A stretch of DNA of 42,816 nucleotides. It comes from a virus. Taxonomy: Duplodnaviria; Caudoviricetes. Location: positions 1 through 42,816 of the IMG/VR virus record IMGVR_UViG_3300037462_000205, one strand, 5' to 3'. This document shows, in pieces, positions 25,695 to 32,751 of this stretch; the first letter of the stretch is position 1; the number at the start of each line of letters is the position of its first letter. A program made the translations under genes and the position numbers. Under the pieces are notes generated by a model. It worked only from the letters and a program-made list of their open reading frames with translations, did not search any database and had not been told where the DNA came from.

Positions 25695-26053
25695 TCCCTA
25701 TTCCGCCGCAGATTCTCGGATTTCTCCAGAAGTGGTGGCCAGCCATAGCAGGCGCCACATTGCTCGGAATGCTTCTGACGCTCGCTTATTGCGAAGGTCG
25801 CAGCACCGGCAAGCGAAGTGAGATTGTCAAGCAGCAGGATCGTGAGATCGAAACACAGCGCGATCTCAACACCGCCAATGAGTCTGCGGCCAGCGCGCGA
25901 GTCGACCAAGTTGTTAGAGCGATGCAGCAAGAGAAGGAATTGACCGATGCGCTCGAAAAAGCTGATGATCCTGACCATCGCCGCGTTTTGCGCGGGTGCA
26001 TCATCTTGCGGCAGCAAGGACGAGACATTGCGGACATTCCCGCCTGCCGCTGA
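25691..26053 (+). CDS. Inner-membrane spanin (Rz-like)
   Basis: N-terminal TM helix, coiled coil and C-terminal Cys residues. Confidence 0.75.
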   Translation: MIPIPPQILGFLQKWWPAIAGATLLGMLLTLAYCEGRSTGKRSEIVKQQDREIETQRDLNTANESAASARVDQVVRAMQQEKELTDALEKADDPDHRRVLRGCIILRQQGRDIADIPACR

Positions 26054-26249
26054 TCTGCGAACCGCAGCCGAACCTGCCTATCCTGCCGAAGCTTTACTGC
26101 CGGGAGAGGCGGGTGAGACTGCCGAAGCTGTGTGGTGGAATCGAGTCCTGCTTTGGGGTCGCGGCGAACAAGCCAAAGTGCAACGTATCTGCAAGTGGTC
26201 GGTTGATCTCGGGTTCGAAGCACCCGATGGCTTTTGCGATCCTCAGTAG
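25947..26249 (+). CDS. Outer-membrane spanin lipoprotein (Rz1-like)
   Basis: Overlaps Rz in another frame; signal peptide with lipobox ASSC; Pro-rich. Confidence 0.75.
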   Translation: MRSKKLMILTIAAFCAGASSCGSKDETLRTFPPAADLRTAAEPAYPAEALLPGEAGETAEAVWWNRVLLWGRGEQAKVQRICKWSVDLGFEAPDGFCDPQ

Positions 26250-26341
26250 GGGTCGTCATCCTCGGGCCAGCGAGTAGTCCACAAACACCCGACCACGACA
26301 CCGATGTTGAACGTCACCAACAAGACGGCAATTTCGATCAC
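26243..26341 (-). CDS. Small membrane peptide (32 aa)
   Basis: Read manually: MIEIAVLLVTFNIGVVVGCLWTTRWPEDDDPY. GTGA overlap and GGAGG SD. Confidence 0.45.
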   Translation of the reverse strand: MIEIAVLLVTFNIGVVVGCLWTTRWPEDDDPY

Positions 26342-26811
26342 AGAAATTTCCTCCCGTAGTGTGCCAGCAGCAAAGCTTCGGCTCGGCCATCATCTTTGAC
26401 CCTCGCAACGCTCGGAGCGGTCGACGGATAGAGCGAGCGGCACTTTTCCCGGCTCGCGCCCTTGTCGCTGTTGAGAAGCCCCATCTTGGCCTTCCAGACG
26501 CTCGGCGTGACGAAGTGGATCGGGCAGTCGACAACCGATGCGCAGATGCCATGCACAAAGCCAAGGGTGCGCCCGAAGGTGAACATCGAAGTCACACCCT
26601 GTCCCGGCCGCGCTGCAATGTCCTCGATCACAATCATGTCGGGGGAAGCCCATCGCAGCGCCTCCGACCAGACATTGACCCAATCAGTCCAAGCGGGCTT
26701 GTCCTTCCCGCGCAGCCTGATCGTCGGCACGTCGAAGAACCGCACACTGCCGTCAGGATGCAGAATGGCGAGCGCGCCGCTCTTACCTGGATCAATACCG
26801 GCGATTGTCAC
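26338..26811 (-). CDS. RuvC-like Holliday junction resolvase
   Basis: IAGIDPG, IE, FTFG..G, TPS.WK and DG.AEA.L motifs; GTG start at 26811. Confidence 0.85.
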   Translation of the reverse strand: MTIAGIDPGKSGALAILHPDGSVRFFDVPTIRLRGKDKPAWTDWVNVWSEALRWASPDMIVIEDIAARPGQGVTSMFTFGRTLGFVHGICASVVDCPIHFVTPSVWKAKMGLLNSDKGASREKCRSLYPSTAPSVARVKDDGRAEALLLAHYGRKFL

Positions 26812-26960
26812 TTTCGAAGAATCCGCATCCCGTAGCAGAAACGATCCTCGAAATCGTGCTTGAACGCTTCGAGCAAAGTTGTATTTTTGCACTCAGCGTT
26901 GAGTGTTGCGATCTTTTCACCACCTGCGAAAATGTCGTCTCCGATGATTTCCACCTTCAT
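26808..26960 (-). CDS. Small hypothetical protein (50 aa)
   Basis: Read manually: MKVEIIGDDIFAGGEKIATL...LRK. Overlaps both neighbours. Confidence 0.55.
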   Translation of the reverse strand: MKVEIIGDDIFAGGEKIATLNAECKNTTLLEAFKHDFEDRFCYGMRILRK

Positions 26961-27199
26961 TTCAGATACTCCTGCGCCCGATAGACCAGAATTGCTGCGG
27001 ACACGACCCCGGAAGCCCCGAGAGTGATGAACGCTTCCTTGCGGTGGATTTCGACGGTGCGGGGACTGATCCCAAGCCGCCTCGCCATTTCTTTCGTTTT
27101 CAGTCCTTCACTAGTCATATCGGCCACCTGCTTTTGCCGTGGCGACAATCTCGAATACCTTTGCGCGATCTCATTGATTGGCACCTTGCGCGGATCCAT
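26957..27199 (-). CDS. LuxR/GerE-type HTH regulator
   Basis: LSPRQKQV.....EG...KE.AR.LGIS.RTVE.H. Confidence 0.9.
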   Translation of the reverse strand: MDPRKVPINEIAQRYSRLSPRQKQVADMTSEGLKTKEMARRLGISPRTVEIHRKEAFITLGASGVVSAAILVYRAQEYLK

Positions 27200-27209
27200 A
27201 ATCGTTCTC

Positions 27210-29207
27210 CTATTTCCTGTAACGCACCATCTTGTCGACTTCGGCCTTCACGCGGAAGCGCCGTTCGATTGCCCAAGGCGAAATGTCCTCCATCACCTGC
27301 TTGAGCGTTTCACAAATGTCAGGCCGGTCGGTTTCCTCACAGACCAATTCATCGTGAACCTTGAAAATCACTGTGAGTCCTGCGGCTTCGGCGCGCTTCA
27401 TCGCCTCGACCATCAGATCCCTCGCGCTGCCCTGAATGCAGTCAGCAGTCAGCATTCCGTGCCATGCCAGATGGCGGCGGAATTTCTTGCCCTGATAACT
27501 CATGAACGTCCAGGCGGGCCGCTCGTCACCCTGCGGTGTGTAGCTGATGGCCTTGCGCGGTCGGTGATACCACAGCTTGCGTCCCGAAGGCAGGCGCATC
27601 GTGAGGAAGTCGTTTTCCTTGCGAAATTCGATGCCTTCGTAGCTGTATGCCTTGGCATGGTCGCAATAGACCGCCTTCACGCTCGCATCCCATAGACCAT
27701 ACCAGAAGGTCGGCACCTTGGGAGCAAATTCCTTGCGGTAGGTGTTGATGGCGAGCATCGCCAGATCAATGCTGTCCTTGGGTGCAAAGCGGGCGCGGAA
27801 GCCGACCGGACCAAGGCCGTAGCCAGAGCCGAGAACCGTGTTCTTCCCGATTTGCCCCTCCTTCGCCTGCGCCGGATCTTTGCGATTGATCGGACGGCGA
27901 AAAATCATCGAAGCCGTCTCGGAATACACGTCGAGGCCAGAGTGCATCTGCTCGACGCGATCATGTTGACCAGCCATCGAAAGCAGGTTGCGCGCTTCGA
28001 CCGCAGCGAAGTCCCCGGCGACCAGCACCTTACCCTTCTCAGGGACGATGCAGGAGCGCAGCGACGAAATGACGGCCGTGAAAATGTCGGGACCCCACAA
28101 TTCCCTGATGTAGTCGACGTTGCGGGTCAGGATCGCATCAGCGAGAATGTCGGCTGTGAGGCCCTGTCGATCTCCGATTTCACCGCGGGGATAATTTTGA
28201 ATTTGTATGAGTCGACCAGCATCCCGACCAGTCCGCGCTCCATGATATTGAGTCGCATACCGGACGCGACCATCCAATCCGGCACAGTCGAGCATCCTTT
28301 GAAGCTTTGCGACACTACTAGAGGCGAGGCTCCGGCGCAAAGTAAGCGCTTCATGGACGTGATACGGGAGCGGTTCGGAGAAATCTTCGATTCCGAATTC
28401 ATCGTCAGGGTCGAGGATCGCATCGAGCGTGGCCTTCTTCATGTCGCCGAGGGCAATGCCCTGATCGTTTACCCAATTGAGCACCTTCTCGCGCTGCGTC
28501 GGCTTGAGGCCGGTCAATTCCTGAAAGCGCTCGACCATCGGCACCCGGACTTGGTTCAGCACGTCCATGCAGGCGTGAACGAATTCGGTGTCGATCTTGA
28601 TCCCGCGCTGATTGATGCGCTGATCCAGAACCCATGTGTGCCGCTCGGACGCTCCGAGCCCTCTTGTGGCGAGATAGACGCCATATTGCGCGTTCGCATC
28701 GTCGGCGCAATAGTCGGAAAGCTTCTGGAGGTTGTAGTCGTTGTGCTGCGACCAGCCGCCTTCACGGTCGGGCTTACACATGATCAGCATGAGCCGGTGC
28801 CCGTCCATGTCCTTCTTCGCTGGCAATTCCAGCGCCGTTACCAGCGCGTCGAGGCCAAGAGGCAGGGCCTTCATCCCGGCGACCGCCATCGTGTCATGCA
28901 TTTTTTCAGGAGGTAAAGACGGATAGCCTATAGGCTCCAGATGATATTTCCACATTGCAGCCTCGAAAGACGCATTGTGTGCAACGAAAATCACTTCGGG
29001 ATCTCGGGCAAGTTCCATGAGTTCAGGATCAAGCGCGTGAATTTGACGTTCGGTCAGAACACGAGTCGGCTGCGGCCGATCATCAATTACCACCTTAATT
29101 GCTAGACACAGGATGCCGGTGGAAAAGTCTTGAGCGTATTTCCACGCTCCGACCTTACGCAGATCAACCCGCGAAAAAGACTCAAAGTCAAACACCACGT
29201 ATTTCAT
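27210..29207 (-). CDS. DNA polymerase, family A
   Basis: Exonuclease motifs DFES and AHNA.FE; TGR; motif A DFAAVEAR; motif B K...L...YG; motif C VHDE. Confidence 0.93.
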   Translation of the reverse strand: MKYVVFDFESFSRVDLRKVGAWKYAQDFSTGILCLAIKVVIDDRPQPTRVLTERQIHALDPELMELARDPEVIFVAHNASFEAAMWKYHLEPIGYPSLPPEKMHDTMAVAGMKALPLGLDALVTALELPAKKDMDGHRLMLIMCKPDREGGWSQHNDYNLQKLSDYCADDANAQYGVYLATRGLGASERHTWVLDQRINQRGIKIDTEFVHACMDVLNQVRVPMVERFQELTGLKPTQREKVLNWVNDQGIALGDMKKATLDAILDPDDEFGIEDFSEPLPYHVHEALTLRRSLASSSVAKLQRMLDCAGLDGRVRYATQYHGARTGRDAGRLIQIQNYPRGEIGDRQGLTADILADAILTRNVDYIRELWGPDIFTAVISSLRSCIVPEKGKVLVAGDFAAVEARNLLSMAGQHDRVEQMHSGLDVYSETASMIFRRPINRKDPAQAKEGQIGKNTVLGSGYGLGPVGFRARFAPKDSIDLAMLAINTYRKEFAPKVPTFWYGLWDASVKAVYCDHAKAYSYEGIEFRKENDFLTMRLPSGRKLWYHRPRKAISYTPQGDERPAWTFMSYQGKKFRRHLAWHGMLTADCIQGSARDLMVEAMKRAEAAGLTVIFKVHDELVCEETDRPDICETLKQVMEDISPWAIERRFRVKAEVDKMVRYRK

Positions 29208-29694
29208 TTGGCATACCTTTCTCCTGCAAAAGATTTAGTCGACCACTGCCGACCGTATCGCGCGTCTTTGGTTTGAGTGCCTTTGCGGTTGCTCTTTTTG
29301 AAAAAGTCGGGATCGTTTCGAAGTTTGGAATCTCTAGCAGCACGTCCAGCAGCAAGGTCAGTCTGAGAATTGCGTGTTCCGTGACGATAAGCATCCTGTC
29401 GATTTTGTGAGGGTGTCCCATATTCCAAATTATTGAGGTTCGCGTTGGTCCGAACCCCGTCCTTATGTCTGACTTCCATCCCATCCCATCAGGGCGAGGA
29501 CCAATAAACGCTTCCGCGACAAGTGAATGGAGTGTGCGAGTTTTCTTGCCCGTCAGTCGGACTGTAGGATACCCATTCGAGGCGATACCGGGACGCAAGA
29601 AAATCTGCGAGCGGTGACTATAGACGCGACCGTGACTACTCACCATGTAAGCCGGAAAACCGACTACAGGTCGCCACCTTTCCTTGTCGCTCAT
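29204..29694 (-). pseudogene. NUMOD4-HNH endonuclease, frameshifted
   Basis: The NUMOD4 half (W.PVVG...Y.VS..GRV) and the HNH half (H.DG...N....NLEY.T.S.N) lie in different frames either side of (CCATC)3 at 29476-29490. Confidence 0.85.
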
Positions 29695-29789
29695 ATCCTA
29701 TCTCCGCCAAGAGAAAATCAGCATACGTTCGCCCCAGGTATGCCAGCCGGGTTTCCAACGCGCGGCAATGTGTCACGCTCGACCGCGAA

Positions 29790-30506
29790 TTAGAATGCGG
29801 CTTCCTCGAAATCGGCATTGCTCGGAGCGCTCGCAGTCGGGTCGAAATCCGAGTAGCCCGCGAAGCCGCCGAACACCTGATTGTTGTCAGGCGCACCGCC
29901 GCTCGCAAGACGATCACCCTTGCGGACATAGAGGCAGTTCTGGAGATAGGCCGTCACACCGTCCTTGGCGTCCAGCGTCTTGCGCCGGAAAGCCTTGAGG
30001 GCAACCGCCGGGACCACATAGGCGCCGGGGTAGAACAAATCCTTGCCAGCCGATGCGCGAGCGTGTTCCTCGTCGGGAATGTCGACGATCTTCCCGGCTT
30101 CCAGCTTGGCGAGAGCCACGTCATATTGCGACGAAGCCGTGAGGATGCCAGCGTAGGGCGCATAAAGATCGGCGCGGGCCTGTGCCTTCTCCTTGATCTT
30201 GAACGCCTCGTCGGGGCTCTTGCCCTGCGCATCGAGTTCGGCCTTCTGGAGCGCCCGCTTGCCCGCCGTCGCGCCGCTCATGACGGCAAGGTAATAGTCG
30301 GCAGGGTTGGTGAAGGTGCCGAGTTCGGTCTTGATCGCACGGACCATGATTTCCACGATCGCATCGAAGTCACCCTTCTCCAGACCGAACGTGCCGGAAA
30401 ACTTCGGTGTGGCGTTCATGACGCCCCGGGGAGCCGACTTCGCGGTGATCGAGGAATAGAGAAGCCGAGCGGGCTTGACGAGCGTGTAGCGGTGAGTTTC
30501 AGCCAT
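29790..30506 (-). CDS. Single-stranded DNA-binding protein (DUF2815/Enc34-like)
   Basis: RL.Y, FYPG.Y, GV..YL.N..Y...GDRL and an acidic tail ending in F; lies next to polA. Confidence 0.75.
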   Translation of the reverse strand: MAETHRYTLVKPARLLYSSITAKSAPRGVMNATPKFSGTFGLEKGDFDAIVEIMVRAIKTELGTFTNPADYYLAVMSGATAGKRALQKAELDAQGKSPDEAFKIKEKAQARADLYAPYAGILTASSQYDVALAKLEAGKIVDIPDEEHARASAGKDLFYPGAYVVPAVALKAFRRKTLDAKDGVTAYLQNCLYVRKGDRLASGGAPDNNQVFGGFAGYSDFDPTASAPSNADFEEAAF

Positions 30507-30567
30507 TGTCAGTTTTCCTTAGTTTCATCGTTGCTGCACGGAAACCGCCGTGCCGGATCAGTATAGG

Positions 30568-31782
30568 TCAAAACCCCTGATTTTCATAGGGCGTAGTGTG
30601 ACTCTCGAACACCGTCGCATTGGTGCGCGGCTTCGCTTCGGGCCGGGGATCGGAGATCGGCGCGACCGATAGGCCATTGGCATCAGGCTTGTAGCCGTAT
30701 TCGAGTGCCAGAGCCTTGCCATGGCTCGACAGCTTCTCGATTTGTGCGGGCGTCTTGATCTTGGCAGGCTCGAACGCCTTGTCACCGAACGCCGCAACCA
30801 ATGCAGCTTGCGCACCAGGCTTCCACACCCGGTTGCTGCGCTTCTCCACAAGCTTCGCGCTGGTGATCTTCGCACCGCCGATCAGCCGCGCATGGACGGT
30901 CTGCTCCAGCGCATTCATGAAGCGGCGAGCCTGCTCGCGCATGGCGTAGTAGCGATCAATTTCTGCATCGGGAAGCATAGCGATAAATTCCTCGTCTGCG
31001 GCAGCATATTCCTCGAAGGCACGCTGCATCTTAGGGCAGTCCAGAAGGACCGGACAAAACTGGCAGTGATCACCAGGCACGAAATCGTCGTCGGTGTAGG
31101 GACGCTCGACCATCAGCACGTGCATCTTCGGCAAGAGCACGTCATGGCCCCAATCGATCACGTCACCGAGCGTGATTTCCCACACATCAGGTTCGTCGAA
31201 TTTGCCGTAGAAATTCGGCTGCACGATCCCGAGCCGCACCGGCAGATCGCGCGGACCGCCGCGCAAGCGATGATCGGACATGACCATCAGGAAAGCGTAA
31301 TAGAGAAGCTGCTTGTTGCCTGCCGCAGCGACACCGATACCTTCCCCGTTCTTGTAGTCGAGAAGGTCGAGGCCATCGGAGAGCGACCAGAAACCGAAGT
31401 CGACCGTGCCGCGCAGCAATGGGTGCAGATCGGGCAGGTGGATCGTTTCTTCGATCAGCAGATAGCCGCGCTCTTTCCGGCGATCCAGAACGCGCATACA
31501 GGCGTTGAAGTAAACCTGCACTGCGTCGAGGTCGATACCATCCGGCCAGCCGACCTTGTAGCCGTCGACTTCCTCTCCGAGAAATTCGAAAGGTTCGATA
31601 GCTTCGCTAACAGATCGCGCGCAGATTTCATGGGCTGCGGTGCCTAGCTTGGCATACTGGCTTTCGATGTGCTCGAAGGTGTTCGTTTCGAGTTGTTCGC
31701 GGTGCATCAGGAACGAACCTGCGCAAGCCAAGAACCTGTGAGCGCCGGAGCCGCCGAGCGGGGAGTGTTCGAGGTGGATCAT
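30568..31782 (-). CDS. Cas4-like PD-(D/E)XK exonuclease (DUF2800)
   Basis: HS.L..S.A.R...C, GT.D, DYK.G, QL..YA and PG.HC.FC......CP. Confidence 0.85.
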   Translation of the reverse strand: MIHLEHSPLGGSGAHRFLACAGSFLMHREQLETNTFEHIESQYAKLGTAAHEICARSVSEAIEPFEFLGEEVDGYKVGWPDGIDLDAVQVYFNACMRVLDRRKERGYLLIEETIHLPDLHPLLRGTVDFGFWSLSDGLDLLDYKNGEGIGVAAAGNKQLLYYAFLMVMSDHRLRGGPRDLPVRLGIVQPNFYGKFDEPDVWEITLGDVIDWGHDVLLPKMHVLMVERPYTDDDFVPGDHCQFCPVLLDCPKMQRAFEEYAAADEEFIAMLPDAEIDRYYAMREQARRFMNALEQTVHARLIGGAKITSAKLVEKRSNRVWKPGAQAALVAAFGDKAFEPAKIKTPAQIEKLSSHGKALALEYGYKPDANGLSVAPISDPRPEAKPRTNATVFESHTTPYENQGF

Positions 31783-31904
31783 AGCAACTTCTCCGCAATT
31801 TCGATCAGTCGATCACTGTCGCTTTGATCGAAACCCATTGCAGGAGTGCAATTTTCAAAAATACGCTGTGCAAGGTCGCGCAAAAATCCTGCATCATCAA
31901 GCAT
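31779..31904 (-). CDS. Small hypothetical protein (41 aa)
   Basis: Read manually: MLDDAGFLRDLAQRIFENCTPAMGFDQSDSDRLIEIAEKLL. AAGGAG SD and ATGA overlap. Confidence 0.6.
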   Translation of the reverse strand: MLDDAGFLRDLAQRIFENCTPAMGFDQSDSDRLIEIAEKLL

Positions 31905-32039
31905 TGTCCTGTCTCCTTAGCTACTTCCTTGGTTTCATCGTGGTTGGCAGACTATACCTGGTCTGCCAGCAGGTGTGTCGGTTTCCTTCGGGTCGCTGAG
32001 AATGAAAACCGACACAGGGGCATTCGCGGGGAGTTGAGG

Positions 32040-32750
32040 TTATTCCGCGAATTCGATCCCGGCCTTATCCTCGACCGCCTTGACGAATTCCGCCCGCGCC
32101 TCGGCCGGAATGTTGCGGCTGTGGGCGACCTGACCTTCCGGCACGAAGCGCGCGATCAGTTCCTTGATCGGCGCCGGGTCGTTCAGCTTGACCGCCGCCT
32201 GATTGCACAGCGCGCCGAGATCCGCATCGGTGTAGATGCGCGGCGGCACAGCAGCCGCAGCAGTCGCATCTTCGCTTTCCGTCTTGGCGACGGCATTGCG
32301 GAAGGCGGCGAATTCATCATCTTCATCCTGCGAGGCAGCGACAGATGCGGGTGCCTCGGTCGGCGTAGAACCAGCCGGTTCCGTCACACCAGCGGCAACC
32401 GGGTTCGCCGGGGAAGCAGTCGAAGTCGACGAAGGTGTTTCGGTCGCACCCTTCTTCAACCGCCACGTGCCGTCCTTCTTCTTGGTGCCGGTGTGGATTT
32501 CCGGATTGAAAGGGGTGCCGCTGGCGTCGACCTCGACACCCTGCGCAGCCGGGGTTTCGGGTTCAAGGACCGGATCGACGGGAGCCGGTTCGACGGTAGC
32601 CGGTTCAGACGTAGTGGCCGGTTCGGGCGCGATGGTCGGTTCCGGCGCGATCGGCTGCTTCTGCGCGATGTGCAGGTTGGCGACGTAGGCATAGAGACTG
32701 CCGATACTATCCTCCGGCACAACAACCGAAATTTCAACGATATTCTGCAT
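32040..32750 (-). CDS. Acidic Pro/Ala-rich replication-module protein
   Basis: D..G.PF.P.IH......DG.WR.KKG motif; a usual neighbour of DUF2800/DUF2815 genes. Confidence 0.75.
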   Translation of the reverse strand: MQNIVEISVVVPEDSIGSLYAYVANLHIAQKQPIAPEPTIAPEPATTSEPATVEPAPVDPVLEPETPAAQGVEVDASGTPFNPEIHTGTKKKDGTWRLKKGATETPSSTSTASPANPVAAGVTEPAGSTPTEAPASVAASQDEDDEFAAFRNAVAKTESEDATAAAAVPPRIYTDADLGALCNQAAVKLNDPAPIKELIARFVPEGQVAHSRNIPAEARAEFVKAVEDKAGIEFAE

Positions 32751-32751
32751 T

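Noticed and set aside
30558-30580. Alternative frame ending GFDLY at the end of the Cas4-like gene (GGGGTTTT)
   Set aside because: The motif is not terminal and would need an unsupported +1 frameshift.
31920-32030. Hammerhead-like ribozyme suggested by hairpins and GAAAC
   Set aside because: I could not place a CUGANGA core in the required geometry.
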